A stretch of 64,000 nucleotides of DNA from a virus (IMGVR_UViG_3300021963_000032); one strand, 5' to 3'; shown: positions 1-9,882, counted from the first letter of the stretch. Numbers and translations: made by a program. The notes: generated by a model from the letters alone, not told the origin.

Positions 1-830
1 AAGGAGTTGATTTAGAAACCTACTTCAAAACCAACAACATCAACAAGTCGGTTGATGATCAATTAAAAACAATTAAAGAGAGTTTTGCTTTCTTGTTTGT
101 AGGTCACTGGTTGAATGGAGAGTTCGGAGAGGATAGAAAGAACGTATCAGCGATGATTAGAGTATTCTTGGAAGCTTTCAAAGGAAAGGCATCACACAAC
201 CAACCAGCCCTTATCTTAAAAACATCTCAAGCAGACTTCAGCCCACTCGACAGAGACGATGTATTAAAAAAGATTGATGCAATTTATCGCTCAATGAATA
301 CAACAAAGAAGCTACCAAAGGTTTATCTATTGCATGGTGATTTGTCTGACGATGAAATGAACTCACTATACAATCACCCAAAGGTAAAAGCACACCTTAC
401 CTTTACAAAAGGAGAAGGCTTTGGACGTCCTTTGGCTGAGGCAAGTTTATCTCAAAAGGTAATCATTGCTCCAAACTGGTCCGGACATACAGACTTCTTA
501 AAGGACGCTGCACTCCTTCCAGGACAATTGACAAACGTACATCCTTCAGCAGCTTGGGAGAATGTTCTTCTGCAAGAATCTCAATGGTTCACAGTAGATT
601 ACGGATATGCAGCAGGTATTTTGAAAGATGTAGTTGACAATTACAAAAACTATGAGGTGATGGGTAAAAAGCAAGCTTCACACGTTAAGAATAACTTCAA
701 CTTACAAGGAATGCAGGAGTTGTTGATTCAAACGCTAGACAAGTATGTTCCAGAGTTTCCGAAACAAGTACAGCTCAAACTACCACAACTCAAAAAAGTA
801 CAATTACCACAACTTAAAAAAATACAATAA
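1..830 (+). CDS. Glycosyltransferase family 1 (GT4-like), C-terminal part. The ORF is open to the window start, so it is 5'-truncated. TTG at 93 is only an internal candidate start.
   Basis: EGFGRPLAEA matches the GT1 EX7E region. The reading frame is open from nt 3 with no stop. The C-terminus carries a PQLKKVQLPQLKK repeat tail. Confidence 0.55.
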   Translation, partial: GVDLETYFKTNNINKSVDDQLKTIKESFAFLFVGHWLNGEFGEDRKNVSAMIRVFLEAFKGKASHNQPALILKTSQADFSPLDRDDVLKKIDAIYRSMNTTKKLPKVYLLHGDLSDDEMNSLYNHPKVKAHLTFTKGEGFGRPLAEASLSQKVIIAPNWSGHTDFLKDAALLPGQLTNVHPSAAWENVLLQESQWFTVDYGYAAGILKDVVDNYKNYEVMGKKQASHVKNNFNLQGMQELLIQTLDKYVPEFPKQVQLKLPQLKKVQLPQLKKIQ

Positions 831-1063
831 TGGAAAACAACAAAATGCGTTACTTTATAACGACCTACACTAGCTTCTCACACAACCATGTGATTGCTTT
901 ATTGTCATCTAATGACGCAGAATACAGATTTATTGATTACCCAACAGAGGAGAGTTATAGTAAATTTGAAGTAATAAGCGACAGAGCAGCGTTTGAAATG
1001 TTGCGTGAAGCTTCAAAAGAAAATGACGGATCCGCTTTTACTTTAGAATATGGAACCTATTAA
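830..1063 (+). CDS. hypothetical protein
   Basis: ORF with ATGA overlap to the upstream gene, in a codirectional operon. Confidence 0.35.
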   Translation: MENNKMRYFITTYTSFSHNHVIALLSSNDAEYRFIDYPTEESYSKFEVISDRAAFEMLREASKENDGSAFTLEYGTY

Positions 1064-1544
1064 AATTATATGCCCGCATTGCGGAGGAGATCATTGCTTT
1101 GAGGAGAGTCAGACAATCCCAACACCAAACGGAGATTCAGAGCAAGAAGTAACTAGTTGGATGTGTACAGATTGTGGCTATACATCTACAACTCTAAACG
1201 AAGAGGGATCAGCTATAATCACTGAGTACGAAGAAGTAACAGCGGAGCTTATCAAAGACCTACGTTGGGTCAATCCAGCAGACAACTTGGTTTGGTATCC
1301 AATCGTACTGAACTTCCCTACATTTGGACTTATCTTCCCAGACGGAACAAGTGAGGCTGATTGGACGTGGATGGCAGCTCCTGCAGTGGATATTGCAGAG
1401 GAAAGTCAAAGTAACTTTCCAATCCCAGGACAACCAGGAAACTTCTACACTAGACGTGTAGACATGGAATCAGGAAAGCATTTCAGTAGAGATGAGTTTA
1501 CTCAAGCTTGCGAGTTTATTGGATTTATTCAATCAGGAAACTAA
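1050..1544 (+). CDS. hypothetical zinc-ribbon protein
   Basis: CPHCGG...CTDCGY forms a CxxC...CxxC pair. Confidence 0.4.
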   Translation: MEPIKIICPHCGGDHCFEESQTIPTPNGDSEQEVTSWMCTDCGYTSTTLNEEGSAIITEYEEVTAELIKDLRWVNPADNLVWYPIVLNFPTFGLIFPDGTSEADWTWMAAPAVDIAEESQSNFPIPGQPGNFYTRRVDMESGKHFSRDEFTQACEFIGFIQSGN

Positions 1545-1547
1545 ACC

Positions 1548-2192
1548 ATGAAAATTAGTTATGCAATACTAACTCACAATGAAGGGGATTACATACAGAA
1601 GTTGATCCCCTTCTTGTTGAAGAACAAGCAAGATCAGGATGAGATTGTTATTGTTGATGATTATTCCGATGACCAACTTACAAAGGATGTCTTAGAAAAA
1701 CATAAAGCAGACATTGTATTAGATTATCGAACGTTTGATGGTGACGCTACTCAGAAGAATTACCTTAACAGCAAGTGTACCGGTGACTTCATTCTTCAGC
1801 TAGATGCTGATGAATTGGTTACTGAATGGTTCATGTCTAACCTACACGAGATAGTAGAGCAAAACGAAGAGGTTGATTTGTTCATTATGCCTAGGATCAA
1901 TACAGTTAGTGGATTGACTGAGGATTGGATTAAGCAATGGGGTTGGCGTGTTAACGAAAAAGGATGGGTTAACTTTCCAGATCACCAAATGAGACTTTAC
2001 AGAAACTGCGACTATGTGACATGGGAAGGATTGCTGCACAGTAAGATCGTAGGATCAAAGCAGTTTACAATACTACCAGATGATGAGGAGTTTTGTATAA
2101 TACATCTTAAAGAGTTGAGTAGACAAGTAGAACAAAACAATCTATACGATAAGATAGAACAAACAGGTCGAACAAAGTATAAAGTAAAATAA
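1548..2192 (+). CDS. Glycosyltransferase family 2
   Basis: ISYAILTHNEGDYIQKLIP...IVIVDDYSDD N-terminus with a DADE (DxD-like) motif. Confidence 0.6.
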   Translation: MKISYAILTHNEGDYIQKLIPFLLKNKQDQDEIVIVDDYSDDQLTKDVLEKHKADIVLDYRTFDGDATQKNYLNSKCTGDFILQLDADELVTEWFMSNLHEIVEQNEEVDLFIMPRINTVSGLTEDWIKQWGWRVNEKGWVNFPDHQMRLYRNCDYVTWEGLLHSKIVGSKQFTILPDDEEFCIIHLKELSRQVEQNNLYDKIEQTGRTKYKVK

Positions 2193-2199
2193 ATAACAT

Positions 2200-2823
2200 A
2201 TGAAATTGCTAGAAAACTACGAAAAGTTGGACAATGGGGTTATAAGACAGATTAATAGAGAACCTTATAATTACGACTTCGATTATTCAAACGATTACAA
2301 CAAGCTAGGTGAAATTGGAAAGCGAATGAGCTATCTGCGACTAGGGTACTTATTAGGTGTTTTAGATTTCACACCTAAATCAATACTCGATATTGGTTAT
2401 GGGAATGGAGATTTTCTAGAAGCGTGTGTTAACGCAATACCACTATGCTACGGTCAAGACTTATCACCTTACCCAGTACCGGTTGGTGCTGAGAAAGTTG
2501 ATTCACTAGATATAGAAGTGGACGTTATTACAATGTTTGATGTATTAGAGCATTGGGAAAACATATACGACATCCAGCATCTAAAGTGTAAGTATCTATA
2601 CGTATCACTACCAAATTGCGATTACAAGTCTAATGAGTGGTTTGAATCGTGGAAGCATAGAAAGCCAAATGAGCATTTGTGGTTTTTTGATAAGGATTCC
2701 CTAATTCGCTTTATGAGTGAGGTAGGCTTTGAGTATGTTGCAACCTCTTATGTAGAAGATATAATCAGAAAAGACGCACTTAATAGTCCTAACATATTGT
2801 CAGCTGTTTTTAAAAAGCTATAG
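2200..2823 (+). CDS. Class I SAM-dependent methyltransferase
   Basis: LDIGYGNGDFLE motif I and a downstream MFDVLEHW motif. Confidence 0.55.
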   Translation: MKLLENYEKLDNGVIRQINREPYNYDFDYSNDYNKLGEIGKRMSYLRLGYLLGVLDFTPKSILDIGYGNGDFLEACVNAIPLCYGQDLSPYPVPVGAEKVDSLDIEVDVITMFDVLEHWENIYDIQHLKCKYLYVSLPNCDYKSNEWFESWKHRKPNEHLWFFDKDSLIRFMSEVGFEYVATSYVEDIIRKDALNSPNILSAVFKKL

Positions 2824-2825
2824 TT

Positions 2826-3656
2826 ATGAAAATACTGGTTATTAACTGGGGATGGATAGGAGATAGTATATTTGCTAGCCATATAGCAGAAAACTGCAAG
2901 CTGAACGGTTACGAACGTGTCGACCTTCTAGTAGGTTTCCCACAGACAGCTCCTCTACTTAGACTCAATCCACTAATAGATAACGTATATGTATCTAAAG
3001 TACCTGATTTCGATCCAGTAACGGATGGTATAGATTTGTCAATCTATGATGAAGTGTATAAGACGAGTGGATTGTTCTTTAACCAACTCCCGCTTGATAC
3101 CTTTAATACGACTTTTAAGTTTGAAAAGCTAAAATACAACTATAAGCTGTATACTGAGGAGGTAGCTTTAGAGTTTGAAGACAACACTAAGCCAATTCTA
3201 GCATTTCAATTAGATTGGCATCTGCGGTCCGCCAATGTAGATGGACCAAGAGATCCGCAGCGAATAATGGAAGCACTGCAGTCCAGATACAACATATACC
3301 CTATAGGTGGTAAGAATCACTGGGAACTAAATGAGGAGACTGGTAGTGATTTTCTTTTAATGGCTTCTGCTCTGAAGCATTGTAAATTATTCTTTGGTGT
3401 TCCAGGAGGTTTGCATGTTATTGCAGGAGGAGTTGGAACCAAGACCGTATGCACATCAGAACACGTTATGGAACATTATATCGTACGTGGTGAATTTGTG
3501 GGTGATGATTTTGAAGCATTTAAAGATCAAATACGTCCACATGCATCGAGGTTATTTCCTGATGAAACAAACACACCTGATAGTAGACACGAACTACTAC
3601 CACCTCACATTTCTGACGATGAGATAATAAAGTATCTTTTGGAGTTGGAACTTTAA
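2826..3656 (+). CDS. Putative GT9-like (heptosyltransferase-like) glycosyltransferase
   Basis: MKILVINWGWIGDSIF N-terminus resembles the GT9 KILVIRLSSLGD signature. Confidence 0.35.
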   Translation: MKILVINWGWIGDSIFASHIAENCKLNGYERVDLLVGFPQTAPLLRLNPLIDNVYVSKVPDFDPVTDGIDLSIYDEVYKTSGLFFNQLPLDTFNTTFKFEKLKYNYKLYTEEVALEFEDNTKPILAFQLDWHLRSANVDGPRDPQRIMEALQSRYNIYPIGGKNHWELNEETGSDFLLMASALKHCKLFFGVPGGLHVIAGGVGTKTVCTSEHVMEHYIVRGEFVGDDFEAFKDQIRPHASRLFPDETNTPDSRHELLPPHISDDEIIKYLLELEL

Positions 3657-3693
3657 ACAAAAAACCGTATTATTAAATAACAGTTACAATAAG

Positions 3694-4440
3694 ATGATAG
3701 AAGCAGTAGTATTATATTCAAGCAACGATAGTAGGTTTGCAGAAGCATGCGTCAAGTCGTTACTTAGCGCAAATATCAAAACACACATTATCGCATATTC
3801 GCATATGTGGAACGGAACTCCTGAGGATACCGAAAAGTTACAAGCTCCACTACTGCAGTACCAAGACAATGCATTATTTAGCCAATACCTTATTGATTGG
3901 GTACCAGGACAGAGTCCTTGGTATTGGGAAGGTTTAGGAAGATACTTAGGTACTCAAGAGGTGTCTGACGCAAGCGACTACATACTATACATCGATATAG
4001 ATGAGATAATAGATCCCGTTAAGTTTACAACTTGGATCGATTCCGGTAAGTTTAAAGAGCATGATGCACTCAAACTTTCTACACATTGGTACTGGAGAGA
4101 ACCAATTTACCAGGCAAACGCCTTAGAGGATAGTGTTGTAATGTTGAGGACTTCGATAGCTAAACAGCTACCATTCCAAGCAGGCGGTCGTGACATCTAC
4201 TTCCATGCATCTCAAAACTCAATTAGAAACATAAATGAGGCTGATCCAATGATTCATCACTACTCTTGGGTTCGTACCAAAGAAGAGATGTTAAATAAGG
4301 TTAGTAATTGGGGACATGCTGGTGATAGGGTGAATTGGAAGGAGCTTGTAGAAGAAGAGTATAGTCGTCCTTTCAATGGACAAGACTTCCTACACAACTA
4401 CCAATATACGGTAGTAGATAATAAATTTAATATCAAATAA
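3694..4440 (+). CDS. hypothetical protein in the glycosylation cluster
   Basis: ORF only, sitting inside the glycosyltransferase cluster. Confidence 0.35.
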   Translation: MIEAVVLYSSNDSRFAEACVKSLLSANIKTHIIAYSHMWNGTPEDTEKLQAPLLQYQDNALFSQYLIDWVPGQSPWYWEGLGRYLGTQEVSDASDYILYIDIDEIIDPVKFTTWIDSGKFKEHDALKLSTHWYWREPIYQANALEDSVVMLRTSIAKQLPFQAGGRDIYFHASQNSIRNINEADPMIHHYSWVRTKEEMLNKVSNWGHAGDRVNWKELVEEEYSRPFNGQDFLHNYQYTVVDNKFNIK

Positions 4441-4442
4441 TT

Positions 4443-5132
4443 ATGAGTTTAATAGGAACAAAGATAGTTGAAGTACCTTATTTTTTAAATCAGATTACCG
4501 AAATAGACAAGGATATACTAATAGTGGGAGAGTGCAAAGGTGGTACTGAGGGCATTGGTGAAGGTTTGTTCGAGCTTGGCTGTACTAATGTTACAACAAC
4601 CGACATTCTAGAAGCGCTACCAGAATCGTGGCTACGTAAGACTACAGATTGGGAGCATATTAAAACTGACTTTATAAAATTCGATGAAACTAAAAAGTAC
4701 GACTTTATAATCTCGATATCGGTGTTTGAGCATTTTGGTATGTTCTGGGAAGGTAAGGCCTATGATGTTGATAGTGACATTGAGGATATGGTTCTATGGA
4801 ATCATGACTTACAAGGGATACTCAAAGCTAGTAGATTAATGAAGGATGAGCACTCTAAGGTAATCATCACACTACCAATCGGACCTTATATGAATTACCA
4901 AGATTCAGGGTATCCGTTTTTGCGATACTACGATCTGCAAAGGCAAAATCTAGTTAAGAAGACACTTGCAGATAACGGCTTTAGAGTTAGTGATGAGAAG
5001 TTCTTTCTTTCAACTGATTATACAGAATGGTTTGAGGCTGATCAAAATATCAACTCACCAGAGAGTTATAGAAAGTACTGCAACCCATACACTCCTAACA
5101 TGATTTGGGGTCTAACAATCCAAAAACAATGA
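4443..5132 (+). CDS. Putative methyltransferase-like protein
   Basis: ILIVGECKGGTEGIGEG...FDFIISISVFEHFG gives a weak Rossmann / MTase-like pattern. Confidence 0.3.
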   Translation: MSLIGTKIVEVPYFLNQITEIDKDILIVGECKGGTEGIGEGLFELGCTNVTTTDILEALPESWLRKTTDWEHIKTDFIKFDETKKYDFIISISVFEHFGMFWEGKAYDVDSDIEDMVLWNHDLQGILKASRLMKDEHSKVIITLPIGPYMNYQDSGYPFLRYYDLQRQNLVKKTLADNGFRVSDEKFFLSTDYTEWFEADQNINSPESYRKYCNPYTPNMIWGLTIQKQ

Positions 5133-5824
5133 AAGTAATATATCGAATTTCAGATGCAGGCTACAATAAAGTAAAGCCTGCTTACATAGACAACGAATCA
5201 TGTTTAAAGAATTTCTGCAATGTGTTTTTTGATCACATTCACGATATTCACATTATCGCAGATAACTGCAGCGAGTCTACATTGAACATGATTAAGAAGT
5301 ATATTGATCCATCTATGATCGAGCAGGTATCTGTAGGACATGGAGCTGGGACGTTCAATCTAGCAGTGGATAAGGCATTAAGTTGGAACGACGATGAGAT
5401 TGTTTATTTTGTAGAAAACGACTACCTACATAAGCAAAACTCCCCAGATATCTTAAAGGAGGGGTTTGATTTAGGATCTTCCTTTGTTGCTCTATATGAC
5501 CATCCTGATAAGTACATGGAACCGACATCTGGAGGTAATCCATACTGCGAAGGTGGTGCTGAAGACACTAGAGTTTATTTATCGAACTCCTGCCATTGGA
5601 AGATAACAAACTCAACAACAATGACTCTCGCTGCCAAAGTATCCACTCTGAAGAGATGTGAAAGTATCATGAGAAAGCACACATCCGGAACTCACCCAAA
5701 TGATTTTCAGATGTTCCTAGAGCTGCGTGAGAATAATGAATTATTAATAACACCACTTCCAGGATATGCAACACATGGAGAGACAGCGTGGCTATCACCT
5801 TTAACAGATTGGAGTAGTATATGA
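5129..5824 (+). CDS. hypothetical protein, possibly GT-like
   Basis: An internal ATG at 5129 avoids the overlap with the upstream gene. IVYFVENDY motif. Confidence 0.35.
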   Translation: MKVIYRISDAGYNKVKPAYIDNESCLKNFCNVFFDHIHDIHIIADNCSESTLNMIKKYIDPSMIEQVSVGHGAGTFNLAVDKALSWNDDEIVYFVENDYLHKQNSPDILKEGFDLGSSFVALYDHPDKYMEPTSGGNPYCEGGAEDTRVYLSNSCHWKITNSTTMTLAAKVSTLKRCESIMRKHTSGTHPNDFQMFLELRENNELLITPLPGYATHGETAWLSPLTDWSSI

Positions 5825-6594
5825 TATCAGTTATAATACCAACGTACAAAAGCCCAGATGCTTTAGATTTATGTTTGCGATCTGCAATAGAAGGGCAGGC
5901 AGAGAAAAATCAGATCATAGTAGTAGTCGATGGATTCTACGAACTTAACAAACACGTACTAGACAAGTGGGCTGATTCAATTGATGTGCTCGATATGGAA
6001 GAGAATGTAGGATTGTGCAGAGGAACAAACCTAGGAGTGTACAATGCAGCTCACGATAAAATCCTAATCGTAAACGACGATAACGTATTCCCTCAGCATT
6101 GGGATACAATCTTGGAGGAGGAATGGGAAGAGGGAGCAGTCATTGCACCAAACCAAATAGAACCTTATGCAAGTATGTTTCCTCAGTTCATTATCGAAGA
6201 CTTGGGACGAGATCCTAAAACATTTGACTTAGAAGCTTTTTGGAGATTTAATTACCACTACGCTTCGGGGGATAAGAAAGATGAGAGTGGATCGACACTA
6301 CCTATTTATATGGCTAAGATGGACTACCTTCGACTAGGAGGTTGGGATGAAAACTATGAAATGGGAATGGTAGCAGATTGGGACTTCTTTTTGAAATGTA
6401 AGCTAAGCGGTCTAAAGATGGTTAGAAACTGGAACCTTCACTTCTACCACTTTGTATCGCTATCGACAGCAACTCCTGAGAAGATACAACAACGTAAGGA
6501 TACTGAAATAGCAGGACATGAGTATGCTAAGTATAAGTGGGGTGGATATATAAGAAACAAACGAGAAGATAATAGCAAAATTATAATCAAATAA
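5821..6594 (+). CDS. Glycosyltransferase family 2
   Basis: MISVIIPTYKSPDALDLCLRS...IIVVVDGF. Confidence 0.6.
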   Translation: MISVIIPTYKSPDALDLCLRSAIEGQAEKNQIIVVVDGFYELNKHVLDKWADSIDVLDMEENVGLCRGTNLGVYNAAHDKILIVNDDNVFPQHWDTILEEEWEEGAVIAPNQIEPYASMFPQFIIEDLGRDPKTFDLEAFWRFNYHYASGDKKDESGSTLPIYMAKMDYLRLGGWDENYEMGMVADWDFFLKCKLSGLKMVRNWNLHFYHFVSLSTATPEKIQQRKDTEIAGHEYAKYKWGGYIRNKREDNSKIIIK

Positions 6595-6597
6595 CTT

Positions 6598-6843
6598 ATG
6601 CAGTTCTTTCTACTTATGCCAGGCGATAAAGAAGAGGATACTCTTAACGAAGCCAACCTACTAGGTGAAACATCCTTCGGTACTTTCTGGGCAGGTACAG
6701 CCCTCAAGACTTTAATGACTATAGTCGATAAAGAGCCAGAGCTGTTGCAACACATTAGAATTGCTCAAGATATGTCAAAGGCTATATTCACCGTAGAGGA
6801 GTTTTTAACAGCTATTCAAAAACATAAAATCAGAATGAGATGA
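6598..6843 (+). CDS. hypothetical protein
   Basis: ORF. Confidence 0.3.
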   Translation: MQFFLLMPGDKEEDTLNEANLLGETSFGTFWAGTALKTLMTIVDKEPELLQHIRIAQDMSKAIFTVEEFLTAIQKHKIRMR

Positions 6844-6988
6844 AGTATTATTATTACTCAAAAGTAGATTCAACTAATGAGAAGCTTGGATCAGTTATAG
6901 CGTTAAGTAGACTAGGAGCAGCAAAAATGTTTGCTCAAAGAAAAAGACTTGACTTAAAATCCTTCCTTTCCGTGTATAGTATCAGTAG

Positions 6989-7498
6989 ATGAAACTATTT
7001 ATAGGAAAGAATGAGGGGGTGATGAAAATAGTAGTAACTCGGACAAACAAGAAGAAGCAGTCATATGAAGTGGCTGTTGTGGATGGAGTTACCTCAATTT
7101 ACAAAGAAACAGTCAGTGGAATCAAGAACCGTGATGAGGTTGTTTGGAAGTTGGCTGACCTATATGGTGCTATGGATATCGAGATTGTCGAACCTAAGCC
7201 GAGAGAGTTCAAGTTCTCTGAGATACCAAACATTCCAGTCCTAGATGAAGAGGAAGCTGAAGAGTACTTTGAGGATTGTGAAGAGGCAGTTTACGATAGA
7301 ATCGTTGTCGCAATTAAAGAAGGATTGCATACAAAGAGAAACGTTGTAAGGTTGTTTGAGCTTAACGGTACTGGAGTGTATCTTACCTCAGACAGATCAA
7401 ACTGGAAGGGTGGATTAGAACAAGTACTACAGCACTACATAAGAATTGAAGCATACGAAAAGTGTACAGCAGTACACAAGTTGATAGAAAAAATATAG
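6989..7498 (+). CDS. hypothetical protein
   Basis: ORF preceded by a GGAAAGAATGAGGGGGTG purine-rich stretch. Confidence 0.4.
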   Translation: MKLFIGKNEGVMKIVVTRTNKKKQSYEVAVVDGVTSIYKETVSGIKNRDEVVWKLADLYGAMDIEIVEPKPREFKFSEIPNIPVLDEEEAEEYFEDCEEAVYDRIVVAIKEGLHTKRNVVRLFELNGTGVYLTSDRSNWKGGLEQVLQHYIRIEAYEKCTAVHKLIEKI

Positions 7499-7500
7499 TT

Positions 7501-8124
7501 ATGAGAAAGTTTAGGTCTACGATACTACTCCAATCTCAGATTGAAGGAGCGATGAAGGTTACTCGATCAAATAGAGCAGCAGCTGAATATTTGAGAGTGA
7601 GTTTCAATATGTACAAAAGATATGCCAAGCGTTATATGAATGACCAAGGCATCTCACTATTCGAAGCGCACAAGAATCAAGCAGGAGTTGGAGTAACAAA
7701 GAATCGAGTAGCAGACTCAAGACACAAGGTAGACGACATCTTACTAGGTAAGCACCCCAACTACCCACCATACAAACTATTCAAAAGATTATTGCAGAGT
7801 GGTTATATTGAAGAGTGTTGCAAAAGCTGTGGGTACCACCAAAAGAGGCCAACAGATCTAAAAGCACCACTTGTAATGAATCACATCGATGGTGATAAGA
7901 CTAACCATAAGTTTGATAACCTAGAAGTGCTATGCTACAATTGCTACTTCGTATTGGTTGGGGATTTGAGAAAGACGTTACTGAGAGATTCCACCGAGAG
8001 ACCTGAGCAATATACTTCCGAACTATTTGATGGAGGACAAGACACACTCGATGCCATGGCAGGATTGGATCTACTCACAGATGAAGAAAAGCAAGCATTA
8101 ATTAATAGCCTAGGTACACTATGA
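7501..8124 (+). CDS. HNH endonuclease with N-terminal HTH-like region
   Basis: CKSCGY...NHIDGDKTNHKFDNLEVLCYNCY matches the HNH motif. The ATG at 7501 is immediately after the upstream stop. Confidence 0.6.
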   Translation: MRKFRSTILLQSQIEGAMKVTRSNRAAAEYLRVSFNMYKRYAKRYMNDQGISLFEAHKNQAGVGVTKNRVADSRHKVDDILLGKHPNYPPYKLFKRLLQSGYIEECCKSCGYHQKRPTDLKAPLVMNHIDGDKTNHKFDNLEVLCYNCYFVLVGDLRKTLLRDSTERPEQYTSELFDGGQDTLDAMAGLDLLTDEEKQALINSLGTL

Positions 8125-8570
8125 TAAGTACAAAAGAAATAGCAACTAGACGCATAAGAAAGATTGAGAAGAGATTAGTACCAAAGCTTAGGCATAAGAG
8201 ATGGTACAGAAAAGTAGTTGGAATATTATTAATCCCAGTTGCGCTAACCACACACGGCATTGACCTTCTTATAGAATACTATTACAAAAAGAAGCCTACC
8301 GTGAAAGGAACTAAGCATAGAATCAACTTAGGAAACATCATAGCAGGGTTTACAAACCTAGCGTTTCCAAATGAGGAGGTTGAAAAGATAGCACATAGTA
8401 GAGCTGAGATTTGTGCACGATGCCCTTTCGCAATGAAGACGGGAGTGTATAGTGTGGTTAAAGATAATCGTACAGTTACTATTCAAGGAATGAAGTGTAC
8501 TGAGTGCGGTTGCAATCTAAGTGCCAAAGTAAGAAGCATACACGACACATGCCCAGTAGGAAAGTGGTAA
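8121..8570 (+). CDS. hypothetical membrane-anchored Cys-rich protein
   Basis: N-terminal TM segment. CARCPF...CTECGC...CPVGKW cysteine cluster. Confidence 0.4.
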   Translation: MISTKEIATRRIRKIEKRLVPKLRHKRWYRKVVGILLIPVALTTHGIDLLIEYYYKKKPTVKGTKHRINLGNIIAGFTNLAFPNEEVEKIAHSRAEICARCPFAMKTGVYSVVKDNRTVTIQGMKCTECGCNLSAKVRSIHDTCPVGKW

Positions 8571-8809
8571 AAGGTCCTATAGGGATTCTGGTATTTGATG
8601 ACGAGTTTAATCATATTAAGTTTGTTGTGGATGTGTTGTCTCAGACATTTGGCTTTCCACCTACCCAAGCCTACCAGTGTGCAAACCTAATACATGAGAG
8701 AGGGTCTTATGTAGTTAAAACTCTAACGTATAAGGAGAAGCAGAAAGCTGAGCTACTTAGAAACATTCTTGTATCAAATGGGTTAATTGCTAAAATAATT
8801 CCTCTGTAA
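8549..8809 (+). CDS. clpS: ClpS-like ATP-dependent Clp protease adaptor
   Basis: ILVFDDEFNHIKFVVDVLSQTFGF...AYQCANLIHERGSYVV resembles the ClpS core (vilhNDdyTpmefVv-vL...lseeeAt-imlevHekG). The start is taken at an internal ATG. Confidence 0.5.
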   Translation: MPSRKVVKGPIGILVFDDEFNHIKFVVDVLSQTFGFPPTQAYQCANLIHERGSYVVKTLTYKEKQKAELLRNILVSNGLIAKIIPL

Positions 8810-8847
8810 CTGTTGCAGAATCGTTATCTATGTTGTATCTTTACGGC

Positions 8848-9771
8848 ATGAAAAACGAACAGAACCTAGGATATGCATGCATCAATATGCAGCTCCGTAA
8901 GCAAAACATTTTTACCGGTAGAACTTGTCGTAAAGCTACATTCCAAGAGAAGGGTTTAGATTACGTAGGCGAATTAGGATTGCAGAATGTCCGAGACTTA
9001 TATCAAATCGTCCAGTGGAACAGCCGCAATAACATTAAGATGTATCGTATCGGTTCAGATATCTTTCCGTGGCAGAGTGAGTATAAGTTGGAACAACTAC
9101 CTCAGTATACTAAGATTGTTAACTTGCTCAAAGCTATTGGAGACTATGTTACAAAAGATGGTCAACGACTATCATTCCATCCAGGGCCATTTAATATTCT
9201 AGGATCTACTAAGCCTGGTGTTGTTGAGCGTACTATTGTCGACCTGCAGAATCACTCAGAGATATTTGACTTAATGGGATTCGAACCTAGCCCGTACAAT
9301 AAGATTAACATCCACGTTGGAGCTACGTATGGTGATAAGGAGGGTACATTAGATCGCTGGTGTAATAACTTTAAGCGTCTCAATGAGAGAACACGGAAAC
9401 GCATCACATTAGAGAATGACGATAAGGAGAGTATGTATACGATTGTAGACCTACTATGGGCACACGAACGCGTTGGTGTTCCGTTGGTGTTTGATTACCA
9501 TCACCATAACTGCCACCCAGGAGATATTGATCAACAGACAGCTTTGCAATATGCAATGAGTACTTGGCCAGAGGGAATTAGACCAGCTGTGCATTATTCA
9601 TCTTCTCGTAGGCTAAACGAAGATAGCAGTGTCAAAGTACAAGCACATGCTGATTACATATACGAAAAGATTGATACGTTCGGTTATGATATTGATATCA
9701 TGTTGGAATGTAAAGCAAAGGAGCTTGCCTTGTTGGAATATCGAAAAAAACATAGTATATTAGTAGCATGA
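8848..9771 (+). CDS. uvdE: UV damage endonuclease (UvdE family)
   Basis: LGYACINMQL...KMYRIGSDIFPW...HPGPF...INIHVG matches UvdE. The start is taken at the ATG just after the promoter motif at 8813-8844. Confidence 0.6.
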   Translation: MKNEQNLGYACINMQLRKQNIFTGRTCRKATFQEKGLDYVGELGLQNVRDLYQIVQWNSRNNIKMYRIGSDIFPWQSEYKLEQLPQYTKIVNLLKAIGDYVTKDGQRLSFHPGPFNILGSTKPGVVERTIVDLQNHSEIFDLMGFEPSPYNKINIHVGATYGDKEGTLDRWCNNFKRLNERTRKRITLENDDKESMYTIVDLLWAHERVGVPLVFDYHHHNCHPGDIDQQTALQYAMSTWPEGIRPAVHYSSSRRLNEDSSVKVQAHADYIYEKIDTFGYDIDIMLECKAKELALLEYRKKHSILVA

Positions 9772-9882
9772 AAATTATAACAACAATAACTACATCAATC
9801 ATACACATACTAAGTGGGACGTGGTTAGTGTACGGAATCGTACGTATGGTAGTTAGAATACAAAACGCATTAAAGGATTAAT

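Noticed and set aside
3394-3627. Nested same-strand ORFs (3394-3627, 3737-3937, 8987-9202, 29194-29379, 35348-35545, 50989-51204, 61794-61865)
   Set aside because: They are alternative frames inside longer genes with clear domain signatures, and have no independent evidence.
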